DNA from: a virus
Virus record (IMG/VR): IMGVR_UViG_3300034351_000048
Coordinates: 16,225-80,224 of that record
DNA: 64,000 nt
Direction: 5' to 3' (one strand)
The notes beneath the pieces are model-generated. The model worked only from the letters and a program-made list of their open reading frames with translations. It was not told the DNA's origin and did not search any database. Within the stretch, counting starts at the first letter, position 1. Each line of letters begins with the position of its first letter. Below are positions 10,188-20,596 of the stretch, piece by piece. The position numbers and the translations under genes were made by a program.

Positions 10188-10562
10188 ATGGCTGATATAA
10201 ATTGGATTAGATCCAAAAGACCATGTACTACAATTGTTGCTGCTAAAAGATTTATAAATACACAAGGAACAACCTATCCTACAGGAGCGGGCGATGATTC
10301 TTTAGGGTGTAACATGGTTACAGGCGCTATAGGTGATTATTTATCTTATGCGGGTATTGGAGCCGAAATTGTAGCTACATGTGCGGATTCAAGTGCCTTA
10401 ACTTTAGGAACAAGCTTTGAATTAATGGTAGAAGCTTTAACAGGTAAATTAATCGCAGCTACCACGGGTGAAAAAGTAGTTGCTGAATTGATTGATATTT
10501 TAGGTACACCTGGAGTAGATGGAGATATTGTAGTAAGAGTTGTAAGTTATTACATGCCTTAA
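10188..10562 (+). CDS. putative capsid decoration/cement protein
   Basis: Small Gly/Ala-rich protein after MCP with a decoration-like (GKLIAATTGEKVVA..GVDGDIV) pattern. Confidence 0.6.
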   Translation: MADINWIRSKRPCTTIVAAKRFINTQGTTYPTGAGDDSLGCNMVTGAIGDYLSYAGIGAEIVATCADSSALTLGTSFELMVEALTGKLIAATTGEKVVAELIDILGTPGVDGDIVVRVVSYYMP

Positions 10563-10585
10563 TATTAATACACAGAGAGGTTATT

Positions 10586-11599
10586 ATGGAATTTAAAAGA
10601 ATGGAAGATGGCACTATAGCTATAAAAAGTTATAAGGTAGCCAACGAAGCAATGGTTAAAGGTGATGCGTTAGACTCTCTTGGTGATAGAAAATCGACAA
10701 CAGGTTCATGTGTTGGTATTATGGCAGAAAATACTTCAAGTGGAACTTTTTTTTACTATTATCCATTGAATACAAACATTGCTAGAATAACAATAGCTAC
10801 CGGATTTGATGCTAATACCGGTATAGAATTAAAATATACTCATGGTACAGGTTGGGAACAGGCAAGCTCTACAGATATAGTTGGTGCTGTATTGATTGAA
10901 CCTGTAGACAAAACACCTACAGCCTCTACAATACTAGCTGGAGAAGATGTATATGCTGTTGTTATAAGAGGAGTAGGTGGGGCTTCTTCAGGAACTAATT
11001 TCTTATCCTTGACAGACACTCCAAGTGCTTATACTTCAAGTGGCAGTAAGTTACTTGCCGTAAATGCGGGTGGGACTGCTGTTGAATTCACGGATGCTTT
11101 AGCTACAAAAAAGACAATTACAATTGCGGATACAGTAAATTCTGAATGTTTAGCATTAGTTCAAAATGATGTTACAAATAATCCTGACACCTTATTAATA
11201 ACAAACACTGGAACAGGTAATGAAATTGAAGTAAACACAGATGAATTCGTAGTTGATAAAGGTTCTATATTACATAAAGGTCAAATAAGTGCTCCAATAG
11301 TAACACTTGTGGATGGTGCTACAATTACACCTGATTTCAATGATGGGAATGTTCAATCTATTACACTTGGAGATAATAGAAACATGGCTAACCCATTGAA
11401 TATGACAAGTGGAGCTAGATATACATTATTTGTTATACAAGATGGTACTGGTAGTAGAACTATAACTTGGGATACAGCTTATTTATGGGAAAGTGGCACA
11501 GCTCCAACATTATCTACTGGTGCAGGAGACGTTGATATTATAGAATTTATTAGTGACGGAACAAACATGTATGGAGTAGATTATTTAGATTTTAGCTAA
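10586..11599 (+). CDS. virion structural protein (head fibre/appendage-like)
   Basis: FLSLTDTPSAY motif; C-terminal LFVIQDGTGSRTITW...W.SGTAPTLST...DI domain typical of phage fibres. Confidence 0.7.
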   Translation: MEFKRMEDGTIAIKSYKVANEAMVKGDALDSLGDRKSTTGSCVGIMAENTSSGTFFYYYPLNTNIARITIATGFDANTGIELKYTHGTGWEQASSTDIVGAVLIEPVDKTPTASTILAGEDVYAVVIRGVGGASSGTNFLSLTDTPSAYTSSGSKLLAVNAGGTAVEFTDALATKKTITIADTVNSECLALVQNDVTNNPDTLLITNTGTGNEIEVNTDEFVVDKGSILHKGQISAPIVTLVDGATITPDFNDGNVQSITLGDNRNMANPLNMTSGARYTLFVIQDGTGSRTITWDTAYLWESGTAPTLSTGAGDVDIIEFISDGTNMYGVDYLDFS

Positions 11600-11609
11600 G
11601 GGTGGAAAT

Positions 11610-14021
11610 TTGGAAACTAGGTTGATAAATGACAAATTAGCATATAAAATATACAAAACATCCATTGAAGATGTTAATCAAGGCGATGGTATAGACCTAA
11701 GGGGAGACCGCTTAAACAGGGGGAACTCCCCTATCTTAGGTATATCAGCTTTGAATATTAAAGCAGGTCAAAATATTTGGGTTTATCTACCTGGTACTGT
11801 TTCTGAAATAGTAATAAATGAAATTGTAGATTTAACATCCAATGCAGAATTATATTATGATGCGGATTTCGGCGGATGGGTAAATTCAGCTTCTACAGAA
11901 TATACAAATTTTATTATAACTAACCCTTCAAATAAAACTTTAACATCCACTTTACCTATAGGGACTAAAGTTGAAGGTATAATTATATATAGTAAAGATA
12001 TAAATTCTTCCCCATCAACAATTTTTAATAAAATACAATTTGATACAACATATACACCAGGTACAGAACCCGAAGGATTGGTATGGTGGAATTCTGATGA
12101 TTATACATTAAATATCTCAACGGGTATTGGCCCTGTATTACAAGTAGGACAAGAAGACTATATAGTTGTATATAATGCTAATGCTTATCAAATTGATAAT
12201 GGGAAAGTCGTTCAACCGTCAGGTGGTTTAACGGGAAATATTATAAATATTGACAAAGCTATTGCAAATACTCATGAAGGTTTTGAACGTGCTATATGGG
12301 TAACAACAATGGATATCCCTGCCAGTTCTATAGGATTAGCTGTAAAATTTGGTAAGGTAAGAAATTTAGACACCTCAACTTTTAATCTTGGCGATACAGT
12401 TTATTTAAGTGATACTACAGCGGGTGAGTTAACTTCAACTCCTCCATCTTTTCCAAGTTATAGAGTTCAAATAGGTGGAATTGCTGTTAAGGATAGTACA
12501 AATGGGGAATTATTTGTATCTCCAAGAGGAGAAGAATCACAAGATACAGCAATTAATTTTTGGAATGGGGCGTTTAGGGAAAGTTTTGATTTTAGAATTG
12601 AAAGTAATGGCAGTGTTATAACCGGTTATCTTAATCCATCAAACGGGCATGATGATATGACAATGATATTTAGTGATGGATTCTCAATGCTTACAACAAT
12701 GCCACCTGTTGAAATAGTATTAACTGCAGGAACAGATACAAACCCACAGGTTAATTACGTATATGTTCCTAAATCAACTAAAACATTAACGGTATCTACG
12801 TCATCTTTTCCTTACGATAGTGAGCATATCAAAGTTGCACAAGTTTTACTACAATCAGTTGTAAGTGTTCAGCATAATGGTGCATTACGTAATCAAAATT
12901 GGAATGATCATATTGAAGATACTAAAACTTTTCAAGGTCACCTTTTACATATAGGGGAAAAACTTAGACAATTTGAAGCACAGTGGTTTTCTGGAACTTC
13001 AGGTTCTGTTACTATTAATTCAACTCCAACTCCTGATAATGTGTTTATAAAAGTAACTTCTGGTATAGTTTATCAGTTACATAGGCAAAATTTTCCTATA
13101 TTAGATATGAATCCTCATACAATTGATGCTGTAGATATAGTGTTAAAAACATTCACAATAAGTGGAGATGGGGACTTAAGTTCTATATTTCCTGATGGTA
13201 GATTAATAAATGTAAATGGGTCAACTGGAAATAATGGGTTATATACAATAGATTCAACAACATATTCAGCACCAGATTTTATTATAACAGTTGAAGAGCC
13301 TATACCAGATACAACCGCTGATGGATATATAGCTGATGATATACATGTTGTAAATAATTTTACAACTTCTTATAAAAAAATATTAAATCTTAATTCTGAA
13401 ACTACAGATGCTTTAGGAAATACATTAGCAAATAAATCTTTTAGTTTTGTTTTATGGGGGGTAGCAAATAAATCAGGTGAACCCTCACATATAATGTTAA
13501 ACTTACCTACTGGATCGTATGCAAGATTATCACCTGATTTGGCTGTAAATGATGCTAATAATTATTCAGTTTATTCTATACCAGATGAATTTAAGGGAGT
13601 AGGTTTTCTTATAGCAAGATTTACTTTCCAATTAGGACCTGTAGGACAATCATGGACATTATATAATACAGAAGATTTGAGAGGTAAAATTCCTAATTCA
13701 ACCGCTGGCGGTGGTGCTGGTGGTGGAGGAGTAACCGAGTTTACAGGACTTAACGATACACCCTCCACATATATAAGCGAAGCGGGGAATTTTACAAAAG
13801 TAAACGATTCTGAAAATGCGATAGAGTTTTCAAGCTTAAATGAAGATAGCTCTGGTAATATAAGCATAAGTGGGGTTCTTAAAATAGGTCAATTCAATGC
13901 AACTGAAGCCTCTGGATTGACACCCGCGAATGGGGATTTTATATATGTAACATCTACAAACGGAACTTTTACAAGCATTGGTTTTTGGGGTTATGAAAGC
14001 GGATCATGGGTAAAATTATAG
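11610..14021 (+). CDS. large virion structural protein (fibre/appendage-like)
   Basis: N-terminus paralogous to the 10586 gene; GDTVYLS..TAGELT, FTGLNDTPSTY motifs. Confidence 0.7.
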   Translation: METRLINDKLAYKIYKTSIEDVNQGDGIDLRGDRLNRGNSPILGISALNIKAGQNIWVYLPGTVSEIVINEIVDLTSNAELYYDADFGGWVNSASTEYTNFIITNPSNKTLTSTLPIGTKVEGIIIYSKDINSSPSTIFNKIQFDTTYTPGTEPEGLVWWNSDDYTLNISTGIGPVLQVGQEDYIVVYNANAYQIDNGKVVQPSGGLTGNIINIDKAIANTHEGFERAIWVTTMDIPASSIGLAVKFGKVRNLDTSTFNLGDTVYLSDTTAGELTSTPPSFPSYRVQIGGIAVKDSTNGELFVSPRGEESQDTAINFWNGAFRESFDFRIESNGSVITGYLNPSNGHDDMTMIFSDGFSMLTTMPPVEIVLTAGTDTNPQVNYVYVPKSTKTLTVSTSSFPYDSEHIKVAQVLLQSVVSVQHNGALRNQNWNDHIEDTKTFQGHLLHIGEKLRQFEAQWFSGTSGSVTINSTPTPDNVFIKVTSGIVYQLHRQNFPILDMNPHTIDAVDIVLKTFTISGDGDLSSIFPDGRLINVNGSTGNNGLYTIDSTTYSAPDFIITVEEPIPDTTADGYIADDIHVVNNFTTSYKKILNLNSETTDALGNTLANKSFSFVLWGVANKSGEPSHIMLNLPTGSYARLSPDLAVNDANNYSVYSIPDEFKGVGFLIARFTFQLGPVGQSWTLYNTEDLRGKIPNSTAGGGAGGGGVTEFTGLNDTPSTYISEAGNFTKVNDSENAIEFSSLNEDSSGNISISGVLKIGQFNATEASGLTPANGDFIYVTSTNGTFTSIGFWGYESGSWVKL

Positions 14022-14030
14022 GAGTGAATT

Positions 14031-14531
14031 ATGAGTGATTATTACACAAGCCCTAAATATGGGGTTGCAGTTAAAGAAGGTTCTTCTTCTTGGATAGTAA
14101 AATTAAATGATTTAAATCAAATTTTAACAGATTCAGATTTAGAACAATTACAAAATGAATACAGGGAATATTATGCACCTAATGCGGTCAAATGGTTATT
14201 ATTTTTAGAAGTAGATACAAATTATATAGCTCAAAATCCATTGTTATTAACAAATATAGATGATTTAATAACAGGTTATCAAACATCACCACCTTCAACC
14301 GAACCAAATGTAGGAACTAAATATATTGTTAAGACTACGGGTTTAAGCGGATGGGCATCACAGGATGAAAAATTAGCGGTTTATATTAATACTGCAAATC
14401 CTTATGACCCAACTGATGCAACACAATGGGCGTTTTTAACACCTTCGGATGGGTATGTTGTTCAAAATAAAGCGGATGATAAGGTTTATGAGTGGAGTAG
14501 TGCTATTTCAGCACAATGGGGTGAATTATAA
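14031..14531 (+). CDS. virion protein with DUF2793-like domain
   Basis: PPS.P.VG.KYIV...SGWASQD.KLAVY...WAFLTP.DG. Confidence 0.55.
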   Translation: MSDYYTSPKYGVAVKEGSSSWIVKLNDLNQILTDSDLEQLQNEYREYYAPNAVKWLLFLEVDTNYIAQNPLLLTNIDDLITGYQTSPPSTEPNVGTKYIVKTTGLSGWASQDEKLAVYINTANPYDPTDATQWAFLTPSDGYVVQNKADDKVYEWSSAISAQWGEL

Positions 14532-15076
14532 TGTATTGTAGTATAGAGGAAGTCAGAAATAAAGATACTTTAAATTTAACAACTGCTATGACAGATAGTG
14601 AAATAGAAAATTACATTCAAGTTTCTATGGATATGATAGACCATTTAACTAAAAGTATTTTTGATGTAAGATATTTAAAGTTTACATATGATGATTTGAA
14701 TATCTATGACTACTCTATATTTACACCCTATCCAGTAATTAGTTTGGATTATGTGAAAGATTATGATACTGAGATTGAAGTAAAATACACCAAAGGAAAA
14801 AGGAAAATAACGTCTATAATAAGCTATGTAGATAAATATAAATTTTCTAAATATACAACCGTTGAAGGTTATTTTGGTTATGAGGAAACACCTTTTGAAA
14901 TCAAAGAGGCTACATGTATATTAGCTTTATGGATTATAGAATATAAAGATGATTTAAGTCCTAATATATTAAGAGAAAGTATAGATACTATTACGGTTCA
15001 ATATGGCAGTAAATTACCTAATCAAGTATTGAATTTATTGTTTTCTAAGACAAGGACACGTATGAAGTTGATTTGA
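14531..15076 (+). CDS. head-tail adaptor/connector
   Basis: MYCSIEEV...ID..T...GYFGYEETP.EIKEA...ES pattern; position. Confidence 0.75.
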   Translation: MYCSIEEVRNKDTLNLTTAMTDSEIENYIQVSMDMIDHLTKSIFDVRYLKFTYDDLNIYDYSIFTPYPVISLDYVKDYDTEIEVKYTKGKRKITSIISYVDKYKFSKYTTVEGYFGYEETPFEIKEATCILALWIIEYKDDLSPNILRESIDTITVQYGSKLPNQVLNLLFSKTRTRMKLI

Positions 15077-15085
15077 GGTTAATAA

Positions 15086-15457
15086 ATGATTTCAAGATTT
15101 TTATGGGATCGATTTAAAGTATCCTTAACTATAAAAAATAATGATGAAATATTTTACATAAATGGAATTAGGAAATTAAAAAATCCTGGAACTAAATCAA
15201 GTTTATTAACTTCCCCTGAAACAAATGTAGGGTATTCAAGTGAGAAAACACAAACTTTTTATATATATCCGAAAGATAAAGAATTGTTAGAAGAAGGGTA
15301 TAACATAATACATATAGGAACAGATAATTATGAAAATAATCCTTTTGTAATTAAATATATACATCCAAATGCTTATAGATTAGGTAGTGCGATGTTTTAT
15401 GTAATAGAATGTGAGAATGACAGAAAAATAACCTTAAGTGAGGGGGGAATTTTATAA
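15086..15457 (+). CDS. putative head closure protein
   Basis: Size and synteny only. Confidence 0.5.
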   Translation: MISRFLWDRFKVSLTIKNNDEIFYINGIRKLKNPGTKSSLLTSPETNVGYSSEKTQTFYIYPKDKELLEEGYNIIHIGTDNYENNPFVIKYIHPNAYRLGSAMFYVIECENDRKITLSEGGIL

Positions 15458-15714
15458 TGGAATTTAGATATAAATTAAAAATAGATTATACAGACACAAA
15501 ATTAAAAAATGTTTATAAGGAATATGATAAAATCTACAATATACCAAATGAATTAGTAAAATACGCTAAAAATTTAAAATTTCAAGGAATTAATGTATTT
15601 GAAGAAATTTCAAAAATTGAAATCAAGAAAGTAGAAAAAAAAGAAAAGATTTCAAAAAATGAAGACTCTAAGAATGACAAAGATAAAAAAGATTTCAAAG
15701 AAGAAAAAGAGTAA
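15457..15714 (+). CDS. hypothetical protein, highly charged C-terminus
   Basis: ORF; SD. Confidence 0.65.
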   Translation: MEFRYKLKIDYTDTKLKNVYKEYDKIYNIPNELVKYAKNLKFQGINVFEEISKIEIKKVEKKEKISKNEDSKNDKDKKDFKEEKE

Positions 15715-15736
15715 AAAGTAAAGGTGTATTCACATA

Positions 15737-16165
15737 ATGGTTAATATTAGAGTAGATGATAGACAATTAAGAAATCACATACTTAAATTAAATACCAGAT
15801 TAAAAAGTGGTATGAAGAAAGTATTTAATAAATTGGCTAATGAGACATTAAAAAGAACTGATAAAAGATGGGATCAACAGGTCAACCCTGATTTCGAACC
15901 TTGGAAACCTTTAGCATTTTCCACAATTATGAGAAAAGGGCATGCTACTATTTTATATGATACAGGATTATTACAAGATTCAATAGAAAAAGAAATATAT
16001 AATGACGGATATAAAATATTTACAGATGTGGATTATGCCGTTTATCATCAATATGGAACACATAACATAGAAAAAAGAGAATTCTTAGGGTTTGAGGAAG
16101 AGGAAGTAAAAAGAGCAAGAGAAATAATAGTAAACTTCTTGGAAAAAGGTGATATACGTGAGTGA
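15737..16165 (+). CDS. virion morphogenesis protein (Mu gpG / P2 gpS family)
   Basis: PD..PWKPL...L.DTG.L..SI...YAVYHQYG...R.FLG. Confidence 0.88.
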   Translation: MVNIRVDDRQLRNHILKLNTRLKSGMKKVFNKLANETLKRTDKRWDQQVNPDFEPWKPLAFSTIMRKGHATILYDTGLLQDSIEKEIYNDGYKIFTDVDYAVYHQYGTHNIEKREFLGFEEEEVKRAREIIVNFLEKGDIRE

Positions 16166-16706
16166 TGTAAACAGTGTGGCTAACATAGTATATAGTTTCT
16201 TAAAAACGAAATTAATAACAATAGGTATTCCATCCGAAAAATGTTTTTTATATGTTTTGGATGATACACCTACAAAGTTTTATGATATACCCGCTGCCAT
16301 GATATACTTTGATATAGCTAATGATGAAAATATATTTACTAAACAGTATTCACAAAGAAATATTTCAAATACTGAAAATTATATTTATAATAAAGTTGTC
16401 AGTCAGACTTTAAATTGCATTGTTAATATCTTTGATTCAAGGGAAAAGATATTTTTACATAAAGATAGGTTTTATACTGTATTTAATACAGATGTAATAC
16501 CATATGAAGAAAACGATATTACAAATAACATAAAATTAAATTTTAAAAGAAATCAAATAGCATCTTTAGAATCTAAAAAACCAGGTGTATGTGTAGCACA
16601 GATTTTTATGGAATTTATGTACTCCTTATTTTTTATTCAAGAAGGTGGCTATAAAATTACAGATATCGATACAAGTAATGTAAGATATCGAGAAGAAATT
16701 CAATAA
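16149..16706 (+). CDS. putative tail terminator
   Basis: Synteny immediately before the sheath. Confidence 0.5.
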   Translation: MIYVSDVNSVANIVYSFLKTKLITIGIPSEKCFLYVLDDTPTKFYDIPAAMIYFDIANDENIFTKQYSQRNISNTENYIYNKVVSQTLNCIVNIFDSREKIFLHKDRFYTVFNTDVIPYEENDITNNIKLNFKRNQIASLESKKPGVCVAQIFMEFMYSLFFIQEGGYKITDIDTSNVRYREEIQ

Positions 16707-16718
16707 TAGGAGGGTTAA

Positions 16719-18428
16719 ATGACACCAAGAACGATTACAAGATTAGCAGAAACCGCAAGTATACCAAATTTAGAAGATGTTGATTTCACACCGTTAATTG
16801 TAGCTAACGGCCCAAGTGGTGCTATAAGTAGTGTAACAGCCGACGCAGGAAATACAGGTGATGGAACAGTTGCATTTGCTAATGAACCTACAGCGGATTT
16901 GGATTTAGTTATAGATGTAACAACAACAGGTGTAGTTGGTGTAATGGCTTTTAGATATTCAATCGATGGGGGAACTAATTATTCAGATCCTATATCTTCT
17001 GTAGGTCAAACAAGTGGAGTAGCTTTTGATTTTATAGAAAACATGACTATAACTTTAACAGATGGAACATCACCTTTTACATTAGGTGATAAATGGTACG
17101 CTACAATGAATGGATCAATGTTGGCTAATTATCCTGTATTAGTAACTCCTGATTCTGTAGATACTATAGTTAAAGGCGGACATTTATATGACGCTATAAA
17201 GATGTATTTTAATGCGAGTGTAAATACTTATGGATCACCAGGAAGATGTTATGCTATAAGACCTACAAATGATAATGCGGGTAGTTTAGGAACTGTAACA
17301 AGTGTTATAACAGGTAATGGAACTATAGGAATCGCGGGGACACCTACACGAGATATGGAAATAAAAGTAGAAATAATATTAGTAGGCGGTCAATGTGCAA
17401 CGGCTAAATATAGATATTCTATAAACGGTGGAGATACTTGGAGTGATACTTATACAACCCCTGCATCTGGAACAGGTGTTTATATAGGTTATGGTGTAAC
17501 AGTTACATTTACAGATGGTTCGGCTCCAAGTTATAACATAGGAGATTATGCCGAAGTTACTGCAACAGCACCTTACGCAACTGATATATTAAAAGCATTT
17601 TCCGATAGTTTAAGCACTATATTAGTAAGAGATGATGTTAAATATAATGGAAATTTCGGGATGATATTAGTTGCAGAGGATACAGAATATTCAGAATGGC
17701 TATACATGACAGAAATTCTTGACCAAATTGAGGATGCGGGTTATCCACAATGGTGTATAATGCAACCGGATCAAAGAACCTCTGTTGAAACTGTTTCAGC
17801 ATGGGTTACAGATACAGTTAATGAAGCAACACCGTTTTTTGATAAAAGAATTGCTATAACACCATTTTCTATAAATACAAATCTATATACAAATAAGAAC
17901 TTTTCATCCATATTAATGGGTGTTTATTCAGTAGTTCCAGTAGGATTCGACGCAGGAGATATCAATTATGTAAATTTATTAGACTCAGGTATAACAAGTG
18001 TAGTTGATAAAGATGCTTTAAGAGCTTATAGAGATACTTTGGATGAGGCAAGATATGTAGTTGTATATGACAAACCAAATATTGACGGGGACTTTATAGC
18101 TAATTCAAACTTGATGAGTACAAGTGGTAGTTCATATAAATATATAAGAGATATTAGAGTAGCTAATAGAGTAAGAAGATTGGCACAGGTTAAAGGTGAT
18201 ACGATGTTGAAGAGGACTTATTTAAATAATGCCTCTTCTCTAATAGCAATAGCTACAGAAATAGAAACTTATATACTGAATAATACTCGTGGCCAAGTTA
18301 CAGATATTAATGTAGAAGTTCTTTCAAGTTTAACAGATTTACAGAATGGTACTGTTAGATTAAAAATAGTTATAGATAAAACATTATTGCTTGATGAATT
18401 AGATATAACAGTTCAATATAGCGCATAG
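16719..18428 (+). CDS. tail sheath protein (DUF2586-like)
   Basis: 569 aa; RYS.DGG repeats; YIRDIRVANRV...V.L.I sheath C-terminus; followed by tube gene. Confidence 0.85.
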   Translation: MTPRTITRLAETASIPNLEDVDFTPLIVANGPSGAISSVTADAGNTGDGTVAFANEPTADLDLVIDVTTTGVVGVMAFRYSIDGGTNYSDPISSVGQTSGVAFDFIENMTITLTDGTSPFTLGDKWYATMNGSMLANYPVLVTPDSVDTIVKGGHLYDAIKMYFNASVNTYGSPGRCYAIRPTNDNAGSLGTVTSVITGNGTIGIAGTPTRDMEIKVEIILVGGQCATAKYRYSINGGDTWSDTYTTPASGTGVYIGYGVTVTFTDGSAPSYNIGDYAEVTATAPYATDILKAFSDSLSTILVRDDVKYNGNFGMILVAEDTEYSEWLYMTEILDQIEDAGYPQWCIMQPDQRTSVETVSAWVTDTVNEATPFFDKRIAITPFSINTNLYTNKNFSSILMGVYSVVPVGFDAGDINYVNLLDSGITSVVDKDALRAYRDTLDEARYVVVYDKPNIDGDFIANSNLMSTSGSSYKYIRDIRVANRVRRLAQVKGDTMLKRTYLNNASSLIAIATEIETYILNNTRGQVTDINVEVLSSLTDLQNGTVRLKIVIDKTLLLDELDITVQYSA

Positions 18429-18440
18429 GAGGTAATAAGA

Positions 18441-18914
18441 ATGGCAATAAGTAATTTTCCTGATTCAATCGGTGAGGTTATCGGTTGGAGTCAAATGGTT
18501 ATTACTATAAATGGAATAGTTTTCCCAGGTATACAAAGAATAAAAACACCTGATATAGAATTTGGAGTAGAAAACATTTATGGTCAAGGGGTAAGTGGTA
18601 TAGGTTATTCTGTAGGAAATACGGAACCAGATGTAGGTGCGATTGATGTATTAAAAGATAGTTATTTAGATATGTTAGTTCAATTAACTGCGAATGCTCA
18701 AGAAGTAGAATTAACAAATACACCATTGACAATTGTAATATCATCTGATCCAGATCAGAATGCTATCGTAGATCAAGTTATAGAAACATATAGAAATGTA
18801 AAAGTTACTAAGATAACTAAACCTGATATGAATCAAGGTGATAAATCATTTATGTATACTTTAGATTTAAGATTCCCTAATGAGGGTGATTTAGATATAA
18901 CAAGGAAAGTATAA
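18441..18914 (+). CDS. tail tube protein
   Basis: GWS..I...GI..I...ENIYGQG...GY..G, QGDK; position after sheath. Confidence 0.8.
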   Translation: MAISNFPDSIGEVIGWSQMVITINGIVFPGIQRIKTPDIEFGVENIYGQGVSGIGYSVGNTEPDVGAIDVLKDSYLDMLVQLTANAQEVELTNTPLTIVISSDPDQNAIVDQVIETYRNVKVTKITKPDMNQGDKSFMYTLDLRFPNEGDLDITRKV

Positions 18915-18915
18915 T

Positions 18916-19509
18916 ATGGCATTTGAAACCCTTGTAAATACTTTAGGAAATATAGAAAACACAGTGGGGATTATAAGTGGTCAAATAGCGGATTACGATG
19001 TAAGACAAATAACAGGTCTAATCCCCAACCTGTTTTTGCAACATGGATGGTCTTCCACAATGTATTTAATTAATGCGTTGTATCTACCAGGAATACAAGA
19101 ATTTGAACCTCCTACTTTTGGAGGTGTAAATGATATATCCAATATGGATTATGAGGAAGTATATACACCTAATTATAGTTTTCCAATAGGTAGAAGATAT
19201 AAAAACGCTTCGGGTTCTAATAATTCTGATACACAAAGTGGGTATTTTAATGTATTAAGACAAGATTTAGTATCATTCTTAAGATGGATAGAAACACCAC
19301 AAGCAGACAAAAACAATATGTTGATATTAGAAGTTATGGGATCGGCAAGAGCCGAACCAACTGTAAATTCTATAACTGTTTATAAAAATGTAAAATTGAA
19401 AAGTTGTAAAGAATCTACAAGAAAACAAGGTGATAAGGCATATACGGGTAGGATCAATTTAATTTTTACAGAAAGACCTCATATTTATACGGCATTAGGG
19501 GAAGTTTAA
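18916..19509 (+). CDS. second tail tube-like paralogue
   Basis: Shares GWS...IN...PGIQ and Y.NVK...QGDK with the 18441 gene. Confidence 0.65.
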   Translation: MAFETLVNTLGNIENTVGIISGQIADYDVRQITGLIPNLFLQHGWSSTMYLINALYLPGIQEFEPPTFGGVNDISNMDYEEVYTPNYSFPIGRRYKNASGSNNSDTQSGYFNVLRQDLVSFLRWIETPQADKNNMLILEVMGSARAEPTVNSITVYKNVKLKSCKESTRKQGDKAYTGRINLIFTERPHIYTALGEV

Positions 19510-19511
19510 AT

Positions 19512-19540
19512 TTGACTTATTTTTAAATTTGTATTATTTT
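19512..19540 (+). promoter_or_regulatory. promoter-like TTGACT-N17-TATTTT
   Basis: Matches the repeated promoter family. Confidence 0.5.
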
Positions 19541-19569
19541 AATTTAAAATATACAAAAAAGAGGAAAAT

Positions 19570-19860
19570 ATGACAAAAAATATAACTATTATAATATTAA
19601 TATTCGTAATATTAGTATTATTTATAAACACTAACCAAAATAATCTAAGCTCACAAGAATTAAAAATAGATACTGTAATTTTCAGTGATTCTACACAAGA
19701 TATATATGATGAATACCAAGAAATACTCAACAAAAATAATCCAAATACAAGTGATTTAAAGCGTCTTAATTCAATCTTTTTAACAATTATGTATGATAAC
19801 ATTAAAAATCAACAAAAGGTGTATAATAACCTTAAAATTTTAACTAAAAGTTGTAAATAA
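19570..19860 (+). CDS. membrane-anchored/secreted protein inserted in tail module (moron-like)
   Basis: N-terminal hydrophobic helix, own promoter, GAGG SD. Confidence 0.6.
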   Translation: MTKNITIIILIFVILVLFINTNQNNLSSQELKIDTVIFSDSTQDIYDEYQEILNKNNPNTSDLKRLNSIFLTIMYDNIKNQQKVYNNLKILTKSCK

Positions 19861-19871
19861 TCGGAGGAAAT

Positions 19872-20276
19872 ATGATAAAAATAGAGGAAAAAACAAATTA
19901 TCAACAAAGAATTGATAAGGTAATCAAAGAAGAAAAAGAGAAAAGACACAATCTTTTTGATTGGGAATTGGAAATACCTGAAGAAGATGGAAAACATATA
20001 GATTCAGAAGGCAATAAATATAACATTTATTATTGTGTATATAGAATGCCTACTTCACAAGAATTTAAAGAGATAAAAAAGAAAGCAAGCCTCTTTAATT
20101 CGGGTAAATTACAAGATTTTGATAATGAAGATATACTCCAAAATTGTTGTATATTTCCAACATTTCAGGAAATGCAACGTTTTGAAGAGGCACATTTAGG
20201 AACTTTTGATGAATTAGTAAAAGAAATTATATCTAAGACAAGTTTAAATGCGGTTAGCCGCTCAAAAAAGTTGTAG
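19872..20276 (+). CDS. tail assembly chaperone (gpG-like)
   Basis: Lies between tube and tape measure genes; ends in A AAA AAG slippery site. Confidence 0.8.
   Translation: MIKIEEKTNYQQRIDKVIKEEKEKRHNLFDWELEIPEEDGKHIDSEGNKYNIYYCVYRMPTSQEFKEIKKKASLFNSGKLQDFDNEDILQNCCIFPTFQEMQRFEEAHLGTFDELVKEIISKTSLNAVSRSKKL
20264..20270 (+). other. -1 programmed ribosomal frameshift site A AAA AAG
   Basis: -1 frame is open (KVVDYGKDYFKENELFNYLIE...) into the 20321-20596 ORF. Confidence 0.85.
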
Positions 20277-20596
20277 ACTATGGTAAGGACTACTTTAAAG
20301 AGAACGAGCTGTTCAATTATTTGATTGAAACTTTCTTTGTACAAGATTATATTAAAAATAATCTTAGAAATAATGTATTTTATAGAATAAAAAAGAATGT
20401 ATTAGCTCTCTTTGGTAAGGAACCTAAAAATAAAGTAAACGAGTTTTTTACTAAAGATATAAATAAAGTAGATGTGTTCTCTGATGAATACCTTACCGCG
20501 GTTGGATATGTGTTATCCTTAAGAGATTTCTTTAAGGATATAATAAGAGATGGAACTATGGAAGCCTTAGCAGAGGTGTTGAAAAAGGTAAAATAA
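20271..20596 (+). CDS. frameshifted C-terminal extension of tail chaperone (gpGT-like)
   Basis: The track ORF at 20321 has a TTG start and no SD; it is in the -1 frame of 19872. Confidence 0.8.
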
